From a virus: 52,143 bases of DNA. The notes below the pieces were generated by a model that was not told where the DNA came from, made no database searches, and saw nothing but the letters and a program-made list of their open reading frames with translations. Where the stretch lies: positions 1 through 52,143 of IMG/VR virus record IMGVR_UViG_3300042908_001490; one strand, written 5' to 3'. The number at the start of each line of letters is the position of its first letter. Position 1 is the stretch's first letter. Of this stretch, positions 40,637 through 49,015 are shown in pieces. Position numbers and translations under genes: made by a program.

Positions 40637-40788
40637 CGTCGTTAGTGGGGAGTGAATAACAAGTATCCCCAAGGCGATCGCAGCAGTTCCGAACTGCACC
40701 CATAACTAAATATTTCGGGTTGTGTGCTTGCGTGCGATCGCGGTTCTATTTTTAAGTAGTGAATTACTTAACTTATCTAACATAATGA

Positions 40789-40810
40789 CATACTCATAAA
40801 AGATTGTCAA
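40789..40810 (-). promoter_or_regulatory. conserved promoter element, copy 2
   Basis: The minus strand reads TTGACAATCTTTTATGAGTATG, followed by a CATTAT -10 at 17-bp spacing. Confidence 0.55.
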
Positions 40811-40828
40811 CAGACTAGATAAAATAAA

Positions 40829-42349
40829 TTACTGATACCATCTTTGGACATCAAAAGTGTAAGACCGCACGGCTTCTGTCCAGCTTTTTTGTTTTGCGCC
40901 GAACTTACTAGATTTAAAGTTTTTGAGGTTTTTATAATGATCTTTCAATAACTTTGCTGTCAATTCATGATTACGAGCAGCCGAAATAAGCTCCTCTGGT
41001 TCATTATCCAGACATTCCTTCCATGCGGCTTTTTCTTCCGCTTGTTTTTTGATTTGTGCTAGTTTCTGGGCTGGTTCATAGCCGATATACTCAGCACGGG
41101 CATATCCACAGTCAATCATGTTGTATTCGACTGTTAAACATCCCTCGAAATAACGATATGGGAGTGTTGACGGTTCTTGATAACCACATCCTTTTGCGAC
41201 TACAACTCCATTCTTGAAAATTGGTAAAGGCATAAAACCAAGCATGATATCATCTTGTTTAATAGCAAGCATCCATGAATCCATGTACAGTCCGATACAA
41301 TTACTTGCTTGTTTTAGAATCTTGGTTACTTGCCGAATCTCAACATACAAGAGAGTATCTGTGTAGGCTACTCCTGTTTCTAGCGTGTAAGATGTGTCGG
41401 TAGAATCTGCTGATTTTAGGGTTACTTTCCCTTCTTTCAACTCTACCCATACAGGGTAAGCTTGATTTTTCTTTTTGTCACCAGCGCGGATAAACATTGG
41501 AAGGTGTTGCAACATTTCGGCTTGCTGGAAATAGCAAACTTGAGTATCAGGAATACTAATCTTTTCTAAATCAATTGATTGCTTGATTAGCTTAGTTGTT
41601 ACCGTAACTTTTCTTTCTACATCAACAAATTTAATGCTTTCACCGTCAATATAGAAAGATGGATTTACCAGTATATCCAATGGGATAGAAGCAGGAATTA
41701 CAGCTTCTATATCCGCTTCATACCCGTTAGCGATCGCGGCTATATCGCATCCATTAGAAGCTATCAGCGATCCTTTGCTGGCAGTTATCCCAGAATACAT
41801 AGGGTTGAGAACGTCGTTTTTAGTGAAAGGAATAAGTTTACCAAACTTTTCTGGCAGGTTGGGGATATATTGTAATTCCCCGTATACATCGGGTGTAATC
41901 GGAAAATGATATTCCTCTAAGCACGTTTCCTCATAAAGCCGTACTTTGTATCGTTTGTGGGCGATCGCTATTTCACGATCTTCTACCTGTTGAATACTCA
42001 TATCCGCAAGCGGTTTACTATCTGTTGTCTTGACTACATCTACAATTTTTTCTAACAAAAAAGCCGCAACACAAATCGCACCATCTTCTATGATTCCACC
42101 GTTTAATTCTACGGTGATAAAAGTCTCAAGATTACTTGCTGTTAAAGTGATCTTGCTGTGCTTGGCTTTGAGTAAAAATGTAGATAAGACAGGATGCTTG
42201 GGGTGATCTGGAATTGCTTTTTTACAGATTGCGATCGCTCTTAGCAATTCAGAAGGTTTAACAAAAATATTAATTCTCGGTTCTACTGTTACTCTAATTT
42301 TTTCTAACAGTATATGTAAACTATCAATCAAATTTAGTACGGCTTGCAT
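40829..42349 (-). CDS. DnaN-like sliding clamp with ~130-aa C-terminal extension
   Basis: SELLRAIAICKKAIPDHPKHPVLSTFLLKAKHSKITLTASNLETFITVEL follows the beta-clamp N-terminal pattern. IASNGCDIAAIA aligns with ATDGHRLA, and MLGFMPLP aligns with the clamp C-terminus. The protein is 506 aa in total. Confidence 0.7.
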   Translation of the reverse strand: MQAVLNLIDSLHILLEKIRVTVEPRINIFVKPSELLRAIAICKKAIPDHPKHPVLSTFLLKAKHSKITLTASNLETFITVELNGGIIEDGAICVAAFLLEKIVDVVKTTDSKPLADMSIQQVEDREIAIAHKRYKVRLYEETCLEEYHFPITPDVYGELQYIPNLPEKFGKLIPFTKNDVLNPMYSGITASKGSLIASNGCDIAAIANGYEADIEAVIPASIPLDILVNPSFYIDGESIKFVDVERKVTVTTKLIKQSIDLEKISIPDTQVCYFQQAEMLQHLPMFIRAGDKKKNQAYPVWVELKEGKVTLKSADSTDTSYTLETGVAYTDTLLYVEIRQVTKILKQASNCIGLYMDSWMLAIKQDDIMLGFMPLPIFKNGVVVAKGCGYQEPSTLPYRYFEGCLTVEYNMIDCGYARAEYIGYEPAQKLAQIKKQAEEKAAWKECLDNEPEELISAARNHELTAKLLKDHYKNLKNFKSSKFGAKQKSWTEAVRSYTFDVQRWYQ

Positions 42350-42402
42350 GATTTTCTCCTGTTAAATTAAAAGTGCCGGGACGACCCAGCACTAAAGTTT
42401 AG

Positions 42403-43233
42403 TTATTCTTGATCTTCGTCGTCCTCATCCTCATATTCCTCATCGCCGTCGCCGTCGGTGTCGGGTTCTTCCTCCTGTTCTTCTGTTAGTTTCCTTAGTG
42501 CGATCGCGCTTAATCTTTGCACTAATTCCAGAAGTTCGACTACTTCTAAATCCATGCTTTCAATTTGGGCTAAAAGTTCCAACACGCGATCGCTCACTTC
42601 GTCGTCGTCACAATCATCTTCATAGTCTACGGTGGTGGCTAGTTTTAACTCTTGTTGATCCATGATATCCTCGGTTTGTTGTGGTGAAATTGCCAGTTTC
42701 AATGCTTCGGCAATACGTGAATAATTCCACTGTTTATCATAGGCTTTACGCCAATCAAACTCAGGAAGTTCAGTAATGCCGAAGTCATGTTCTAGCATAA
42801 ATAAGTAGTCTGCTTTTTCTTTTGCAGCCCACGTTTTATATATCTTTGTTCCTGCTTTATCGGTCAGGATGGTTAGAATTTCTAATAGTAAATTATCCGA
42901 TATGTTCTCTAATTTGATGCTGTTGCTGTATAACATATCGCAACTAATACTAACGCTTTTGGAGTCAATTGTCAAGTGTTCTGAGATACGCAAAGACTTG
43001 TTATCAGCAGGGAGTTTTGGGGGATTACAGTCTAAAATTGCGGCTGCTTTTTTACCAAATTCTACCCTTTGATCCATCTGATATTTGTTCTCCAAAAAGA
43101 TTTTTTTGCACCTTTCATAAGATTCGATGTAATCAGGGATTAACCGTTTATTGATGTCTAAATTGTATGAGCCGGGGACAATATTACCAAAGTAGCGATC
43201 GTTTGTATGATTAGGCAATAAAAAAACCGTCAT
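42403..43233 (-). CDS. hypothetical protein with poly-acidic tail
   Basis: 276 aa. An internal acidic stretch reads DYEDDCDDDEVSD. The tail reads EEQEEEPDTDGDGDEEYEDEDDEDQE. Confidence 0.6.
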   Translation of the reverse strand: MTVFLLPNHTNDRYFGNIVPGSYNLDINKRLIPDYIESYERCKKIFLENKYQMDQRVEFGKKAAAILDCNPPKLPADNKSLRISEHLTIDSKSVSISCDMLYSNSIKLENISDNLLLEILTILTDKAGTKIYKTWAAKEKADYLFMLEHDFGITELPEFDWRKAYDKQWNYSRIAEALKLAISPQQTEDIMDQQELKLATTVDYEDDCDDDEVSDRVLELLAQIESMDLEVVELLELVQRLSAIALRKLTEEQEEEPDTDGDGDEEYEDEDDEDQE

Positions 43234-43245
43234 TTCTGACGGGTT
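43219..43245 (-). terminator. terminator-like hairpin containing the next start codon
   Basis: The minus strand reads CCGTCA-GAAA-TGACGG followed by TTTTTTT. The ATG of 42403-43233 spans the loop/stem junction. Confidence 0.5.
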
Positions 43246-43258
43246 TCGGCAAGCGATC

Positions 43259-43492
43259 TTAACCTTGCATCTTTTTAACCTCTACTTTGTATCCTAGACA
43301 ATTTAACGTTTGATTGATTTTGACCCATGTTTCAGGGTCTTTTTTTAGCCATACAGACAGACGCTTGTGGATTGTTCCTAGTGTGTCGCCTGTCTGCAAA
43401 GAGATTTCCTGAGCAGCGTCGTAAGTGCTGTTATAACTGCTTAGGATTTGTTCAAGGGTTTGGGATAGGTTCATTTTGTCATCTTTTTCCAT
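43259..43492 (-). CDS. small HTH-like protein
   Basis: 77 aa. The segment AAQEISLQTGDTLGTIHKRLSVWLKK is helix-turn-helix-like. Confidence 0.5.
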   Translation of the reverse strand: MEKDDKMNLSQTLEQILSSYNSTYDAAQEISLQTGDTLGTIHKRLSVWLKKDPETWVKINQTLNCLGYKVEVKKMQG

Positions 43493-43509
43493 TCCAATAG
43501 TGTCAATAC

Positions 43510-44271
43510 CTATCTTAATTTTCTAGGAATGGGTTTGTTGCTTTTTTTAAGCTTCGATATCTCCCAGTCCTTAACTATTCTATTTAGCTCTGACTGAGAC
43601 TCTATTGTGTAAGTCCCTTTCTTATACCCAATAACTTGGGCAAAATCATCAGAACTTCTTATGCTAATTCTTTCTACGTCTACAGAGAAAAATTCTTTTA
43701 AATCACTAGGAAGAGAATCAAATAAAGGAATTACAACATCATTTAGCCTTAGTATCTCTGCTTGTTTCCTTAGTTGGGCAAATTTAGCACCTTCTTCTTT
43801 AATCCATTGTAGCTGTGCAAAATCAATATCAAAGAAACCAACCTCAAGACATTTTTTACCGTAGAAAACATCTATGTATTCGTTTCTTTCGTAGACACTA
43901 CACCCCGGAGACCCCGCAAAAAACTCTTTTACGGCTTTAATATTGTAGTTTTTTGTTACTTTATTGTTGAGGAATTTTATAATCTGAGGATAAACCTCTT
44001 CTAAATTTAAGCAATCTTCATCCTGAAGTTGAGCTTTAGGATCTAACGGTACTATTACTTCATAAGTCCCATAATTAGGGATTCTTATGGAACTTCCGTT
44101 TACGTGAAAATCTAAATCTAAATGCCAAGATGGTTGATGCCACACTTTAAACCCTATCTGTGCTAATAAATTTTTGATATCTTCAGGTAAAGCATCAAAT
44201 TTCAAACTAATAAGGTAGTTTGTACCACCTTCATAACAACCTAACTCTTCATGTCTGTTGTATAGTGCCAT
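43510..44271 (-). CDS. hypothetical protein
   Basis: 253-aa ORF from the ORF track. Confidence 0.6.
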   Translation of the reverse strand: MALYNRHEELGCYEGGTNYLISLKFDALPEDIKNLLAQIGFKVWHQPSWHLDLDFHVNGSSIRIPNYGTYEVIVPLDPKAQLQDEDCLNLEEVYPQIIKFLNNKVTKNYNIKAVKEFFAGSPGCSVYERNEYIDVFYGKKCLEVGFFDIDFAQLQWIKEEGAKFAQLRKQAEILRLNDVVIPLFDSLPSDLKEFFSVDVERISIRSSDDFAQVIGYKKGTYTIESQSELNRIVKDWEISKLKKSNKPIPRKLR

Positions 44272-44302
44272 CTTGTTTTCTCCTTTATTTCTTTAACTTC
44301 TT

Positions 44303-44333
44303 ACACTATAGAGTAATTTATCTATAGTGTCAA
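44303..44333 (-). promoter_or_regulatory. consensus promoter overlapped by a 10-bp inverted repeat operator
   Basis: The minus strand reads TTGACA-N17-TATAGT. The inverted repeat is acactataga (44303-44312) / tctatagtgt (44321-44330). Confidence 0.65.
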
Positions 44334-44348
44334 TACTCTTCGTAAAAT

Positions 44349-44377
44349 AAAAAAATCCCCAGCGATAAACCAGGGAT
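44349..44377 (-). terminator. intrinsic terminator
   Basis: The minus strand reads ATCCCTGG-TTTATCG-CTGGGGAT followed by TTTTTTT. Confidence 0.65.
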
Positions 44378-44382
44378 CCCTA

Positions 44383-44511
44383 TTACTTTTTATATTCCTC
44401 TAAAAGTTTGTCCACGACTGGCAACAAATCAAGGGGAATATATCTTGATTCTCCCTGACCTGTGACTGGTCTACCGCGCTTTTTAGTAGTGCGATTTTGC
44501 CACAAGTCCAT
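44383..44511 (-). CDS. small RHH-like protein (42 aa, below ORF-track cutoff)
   Basis: MDLWQNRTTKKRGRPVTGQGESRYIPLDLLPVVDKLLEEYKK. Its stop is 5 nt before the terminator. Confidence 0.45.
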   Translation of the reverse strand: MDLWQNRTTKKRGRPVTGQGESRYIPLDLLPVVDKLLEEYKK

Positions 44512-44645
44512 TAACCCAAAGGGATAGCTTGACCTACTTTATAACTAGGATTTACTGGTTGTGATTTTAACCTATTCATCAAACTGCTGATGATTACGCA
44601 CTAAGTATTTCAGCGACATAATTGTATAAAAAGCATACTTGAGGA

Positions 44646-46103
44646 CTATATGCTTTTCATGATGCTATTCAAGTTTTTTGTATCTTCAAAACTGGTAACG
44701 GGAATAATTGAATCTGCTACCGTAGCAAGGTTTTTTACATAACTGGAGTTATTCGATCCCACTAATCCCACTAAAATTCCATGTACTTTGAGGTCAATTC
44801 TCTTTTTCTCTGCGGACAACTTTTCCAGAAATTCATTATCTTCAATAATGCTGCGGTCTTCGCCATCAGTTAACAGAACTACATCTGCTTTTTTGTAGGT
44901 GGCATCTGAACTAATAATTTTTAAGGCTTTACTTAATGCTGGTTTCCACGCGGTTGAAGCCTTGCCATGAAACATCATGAACTCATCTATGTTTTCATGG
45001 GTTATGTCCTTGTTGGATATGGTGTAGCAGACTCGACCGCCAAAACCAATGAATAGACACTCTCTATTCTGTTTCTTAGCCGCTTTGGATATCATCAAAG
45101 CGAACGCTTTAGCCCACACATATCTGCGCTCACCGCTTAACAGGCTACCCATTGAACCAGCCTCATCTACCAGAACAATAACGGGTCCGCTACCTCTGGG
45201 AGCAATTTTATTCCGGTACTGGGATAATTTGCGCTCGGCAAACTCCAAGTAGAATTGATCCTCATCCTTGCAGTATTCGTCTAGCACTAGCCGGCTGACA
45301 TCATTCCCATTCTCGCAACGGGCTGATTCTTTCTTGGAGCCTGCGGTGGTTCTATGGAAACAACTAAACATTCCCCGCATCTTGCCCATCATATTCAAGA
45401 TTCTCTGAATGTGCGGCTGGGAATACTTGACAGTTATGGCCACTTGTTTAGCCTGTTCCCGTTCATTCATTCCTGGCATATCGCCAGTTAGTTCTCCTGA
45501 ACGGCTAGACTCTAGGGATGCCAAAGCATTTTCAACGGCTTGGTTGCAAATCCGCTTGCAGTAGTCGGTTAGATGATTCTCGTCCTGGTTGTACGGGTTA
45601 ATCAGAACCTTATTAAATTCTTCGTAGGCTTTCTCCCATGCGGCTACGCGGGATTGATGTTGTGTAGATGCAGCAATGCCTAACTTGCTTGCTGACTTGA
45701 TCTGTCTTTGCAGTGTGGGCAAATCGGCGTTGTCACTGTGGTAAATCCTGGGAAAATTTAGCCCTTGTAGTAGCCATGCGATCGCGCACAGTTCGGCGTG
45801 GTTGTTCTGTTCCGTGCCGAAGGATTGGCTTCTCTCTAATAATTCACCCCATCGGGGGGACACGGTTAGTCCCAAGTGAAAAGCCTCTTTCCAGACTTCG
45901 TGCAGTTCCGGTGGTGTATCGTCGTGGAACTTGCGATCGTCTTGAGACTTGATGCGGGTTAATAGTTCCCTGCCAAAGTCATGCTTGAGGTCGAGTTCAA
46001 TACCGGGGAGGGATTGAACGTTATTCAGAACGGCTTGAATGACGCTGCTATCTTCTAGCAGGATGTCATAAGCCGTGCGGGCTTCGTTGCTTATTTTCCA
46101 CAT
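44646..46103 (-). CDS. VWA-domain protein (ViaA-like partner of the AAA+ ATPase)
   Basis: The MIDAS-like motif is VIVLVDEAGSMGS (DxAGS rather than DxSGS). VVLLTDGEDRS is also present. The N-terminal region is about 300 aa and helical. Confidence 0.8.
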   Translation of the reverse strand: MWKISNEARTAYDILLEDSSVIQAVLNNVQSLPGIELDLKHDFGRELLTRIKSQDDRKFHDDTPPELHEVWKEAFHLGLTVSPRWGELLERSQSFGTEQNNHAELCAIAWLLQGLNFPRIYHSDNADLPTLQRQIKSASKLGIAASTQHQSRVAAWEKAYEEFNKVLINPYNQDENHLTDYCKRICNQAVENALASLESSRSGELTGDMPGMNEREQAKQVAITVKYSQPHIQRILNMMGKMRGMFSCFHRTTAGSKKESARCENGNDVSRLVLDEYCKDEDQFYLEFAERKLSQYRNKIAPRGSGPVIVLVDEAGSMGSLLSGERRYVWAKAFALMISKAAKKQNRECLFIGFGGRVCYTISNKDITHENIDEFMMFHGKASTAWKPALSKALKIISSDATYKKADVVLLTDGEDRSIIEDNEFLEKLSAEKKRIDLKVHGILVGLVGSNNSSYVKNLATVADSIIPVTSFEDTKNLNSIMKSI

Positions 46104-46104
46104 A

Positions 46105-47532
46105 TTATTGATTACTTAATTCAATTCTGGTTTTTAAATGACCGATCATTTCTCGGCATTTTTCAACAGATAATGCGGTATCTTCTGCTGTTAATTTTCC
46201 CAAGGCTTTGATATCTTTGGCTATAGATGCTATATCGCCGGCACATCCTAGTAGCTTGTCTATTTTTTGTTCCGTAGTCATCTTGGGTTGACTAGAAATA
46301 GAAAACACGACTTCGTTATACTTGTCTTTTGCCGTTCCTAACAGCTTATACATCTTTTCTAATGACTCTTTCCTAGCGGTATCATCCAACCGAGAAACAT
46401 CATTTTTAAGCCGTTGCTGAAATTCTTGGGTTAATTCCCTAAGCATATTTAATTGTTTTTTGGAATAAATACCGATCGCTTCTAACTCATTTGTCTGTTG
46501 GGCAATGCTATCAACGCGATCGCATAGGTCAGTCGCAAGCTCTAAGCGTTGATCTTTGCCATAATATAAAGAGTTATTCCAGTCATCGGAACAGGCATGA
46601 ATTGCTTTTTTAACTTCGTTGACTTTACCCTTAATCTCTTTGATCTCATCATTGATAATCTTGCTTACTGCGGTTATGTCGTCTGGATTTGACCAGATAC
46701 AATCCGGCAGGAGGGTTTGAATGACATCCAAATCAACCGCATCCTTGTTTTGCACCCAAGCAAAGGCGCGGAAAAAATCGTACATTTGAAACATTTTTCG
46801 GTCTGATATCTCAAACCCCTTAACCCGCAACTTCTCGCGCAGGTCATACAGGACAGGAAGCATCGGCTCAATGGATACTGCCATAGCTTCAGTTTCGGCT
46901 TGTTCGATATCCCATGAAGCTAATTCAATTGTTACCTTGGGTTTATGCCCGTGAATTTTCCGTCTGGATAAGTCCATGAAATTATCTTTTTCACGGATGT
47001 ACCCGATCCAGGTTTTCCAGATAAATCTATCCATGAAAGCGTTGCCGCTATCGGGGACTTCATTGGAACTTGCTAATAAAGACCGCAAGGGAACGGCCTG
47101 GGCGTTCGGATTGAAAAACACTCTTTCGTTAATCACCTTGAGAGTGCTATTCAATAGATCCATGTCGGCTTTGAAAATCTCGTCAATGTAGGCTACTTCC
47201 GCTTCTGGTAGCCTGTTTTTGGTGTTGCGTTTATATACTTCATTGTCTTTGAGTTCCCGAATAGAAACGGGACCAAAGAACTCATCAGGTTTACTGGTGG
47301 GACTGGCCAATATTGACCAGAACTTGCCACCGAGGGCATTGCATAATAATTCAATCAAATATGTTTTCCCTGTACCGGGGGGACCGAGTAAGATCCCGTG
47401 ATTCTTGCAGATATACAATGCAAGCAGGGCATCAATGTGATGTTCTCTCTCAAGACATTCCCGCCGCAACTGTTTTCTGAGTATGTGAATTTTATCTTTC
47501 ACGGTGAGAGAGTTTAGGTCTATGAGTACCAT
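46105..47532 (-). CDS. MoxR-class AAA+ ATPase, RavA-like
   Basis: Walker A is LLGPPGTGKT and Walker B is AYIDEIFKA. The run GPVSIRELKDNEVYKRNTKNRLPEAEV..LNSTLKVINERVF..LLASSNE parallels my memory of E. coli RavA. The C-terminus is a long coiled coil. Confidence 0.85.
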   Translation of the reverse strand: MVLIDLNSLTVKDKIHILRKQLRRECLEREHHIDALLALYICKNHGILLGPPGTGKTYLIELLCNALGGKFWSILASPTSKPDEFFGPVSIRELKDNEVYKRNTKNRLPEAEVAYIDEIFKADMDLLNSTLKVINERVFFNPNAQAVPLRSLLASSNEVPDSGNAFMDRFIWKTWIGYIREKDNFMDLSRRKIHGHKPKVTIELASWDIEQAETEAMAVSIEPMLPVLYDLREKLRVKGFEISDRKMFQMYDFFRAFAWVQNKDAVDLDVIQTLLPDCIWSNPDDITAVSKIINDEIKEIKGKVNEVKKAIHACSDDWNNSLYYGKDQRLELATDLCDRVDSIAQQTNELEAIGIYSKKQLNMLRELTQEFQQRLKNDVSRLDDTARKESLEKMYKLLGTAKDKYNEVVFSISSQPKMTTEQKIDKLLGCAGDIASIAKDIKALGKLTAEDTALSVEKCREMIGHLKTRIELSNQ

Positions 47533-47534
47533 GA

Positions 47535-47864
47535 TTAAATTTCCTCTAATAATTTTTGTAAGTATGCGATCGCGCTATCTACTTTGTCAGCGATCGCATC
47601 GCTGACCGCAGGTGTCGCATTGTCGGCAGATGTAACAGTAATTGGAACTTCGGCGGGAGTGACGGGCGCGGGTGTGGTAACTCCAGTCAATGAAACAGCA
47701 AATTCCCACCGTTCAGGAGTGTATTTTGCCCACCAATACCAGGCTCCACCGAGTCGAGTCGATCTAAACTTGTACCCTCTCAAGCGATCGCGCAAAGCCT
47801 GATCGGGTTTGTCATCAAAGAATATTTCTATACCGTCTTTTTCGGTATTTCTTTCAATTCTCAT
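47535..47864 (-). CDS. hypothetical protein, first gene of the AAA+/VWA triad
   Basis: 109 aa. Its stop is 2 nt before the ATPase ATG. Confidence 0.6.
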   Translation of the reverse strand: MRIERNTEKDGIEIFFDDKPDQALRDRLRGYKFRSTRLGGAWYWWAKYTPERWEFAVSLTGVTTPAPVTPAEVPITVTSADNATPAVSDAIADKVDSAIAYLQKLLEEI

Positions 47865-48040
47865 AGATTCTCCAATAGCATAGACAATCGGCTAATAGAA
47901 CACTTGGGCACAGTCCACCAAAGCATTGCACCAATTTTCTTGGCGTATGCTGATGTCTGTTCCTGAAACAGATTGTGCATAGGTTCTATGTGTGAACAGG
48001 CGATCGCACTCCGACTCTGAGGTGGCGCGATCGCGCCAAG

Positions 48041-48580
48041 CTATTCAAATCCGCACTCTCTCCAAAGTGCATAGGGCATACCATGATCTGAGAATGAGTT
48101 ATGCCATACCGCGTAGGAATTGAATTTGTAGGGTTTGATGCCAAGCGATCTTGTCTCTATCTGTTCCGGTGTATGAGCGCGGAACGGCTTGACGATTATT
48201 ACCAATTTTTTAATCAGGTTTAAAAGTGCGGGTGTGCTGTATTCTCCCATTAAGGTATGTAGGACACCTATAGCTACGTCTGGACAAAATTCTGTCCAGT
48301 ACCGATATTTGGGACGGCATACATAGGGATCGTATCCCTGTATTTGCAGTTCTAGCGATATCGCGGCGTATCTCTCACCCTCTTGCTGTGCAGCAACGGC
48401 GATCCCGTGTTGTACCGCGTCGTAGGTACTGCAAATTTCCTGGGCTGTTTTGATAGCGATCTGTAGCTTGCGATCGCTACTGACTTTTGATTTTGACTGT
48501 GACTGATACTTTTTAACAGTCTTATCGATGCTATCTAGCGTTAGTTGGATGCTAGATATCAGATCCGTTATTAGTTCCAT
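48041..48580 (-). CDS. MELIT-module protein A
   Basis: The N-terminus is MELITDLISSIQLTLDSIDKTVKKYQSQSKSKVS. The C-terminus is unique. Confidence 0.6.
   Translation of the reverse strand: MELITDLISSIQLTLDSIDKTVKKYQSQSKSKVSSDRKLQIAIKTAQEICSTYDAVQHGIAVAAQQEGERYAAISLELQIQGYDPYVCRPKYRYWTEFCPDVAIGVLHTLMGEYSTPALLNLIKKLVIIVKPFRAHTPEQIETRSLGIKPYKFNSYAVWHNSFSDHGMPYALWRECGFE
48479..48580. repeat. 102-bp direct repeat, copy A (5' end of MELIT gene A)
   Basis: It matches 48901-49002 with about 5 mismatches by my reading. Confidence 0.9.
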
Positions 48581-49002
48581 AGTTGATTTAATAGTAGAAT
48601 TTTTGCGGTTGGATGATCTGCGGTAACGTGAATTTCTATAGTTAGGTGATCATCATAGATACTATAGAAGGTAAACTCTTTGCCGTTGATTCTTAGGAAC
48701 GAAAAATCATATTCGGCACTACCGAACCATACCTTCCCAGATATTTCGGCATAGCGACCAGGTGCGCTATGAACTTTTTTTATTAGATCCCTATCTTCTA
48801 GGTGTTGCTGAAAGTCGGCGATCTTAATGTGTTCCCACCTACTTCTTTCGGCTCTACCTGAATTCATTATGTCGTCGCATAATTTTTGAAAATTGCTGTC
48901 ACTGACTTTTGATTTTGACTGTGACTGATACTTTTTAACAGTCTTATTGATACTATCTAGCGTTATCTGGATGCTAGATATTAGATCCGTTATTAGTTCC
49001 AT
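48571..49002 (-). CDS. MELIT-module protein B
   Basis: The internal ATG at 49002 gives MELITDLISSIQITLDSINKTVKKYQSQSKSKVS. The C-terminus is unrelated to that of A. Confidence 0.55.
   Translation of the reverse strand: MELITDLISSIQITLDSINKTVKKYQSQSKSKVSDSNFQKLCDDIMNSGRAERSRWEHIKIADFQQHLEDRDLIKKVHSAPGRYAEISGKVWFGSAEYDFSFLRINGKEFTFYSIYDDHLTIEIHVTADHPTAKILLLNQLWN
48901..49002. repeat. 102-bp direct repeat, copy B
   Basis: See copy A. It is followed by the 11-bp tandem duplication attagttccat x2 (48992-49013). Confidence 0.9.
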
Positions 49003-49015
49003 ATTAGTTCCATAG

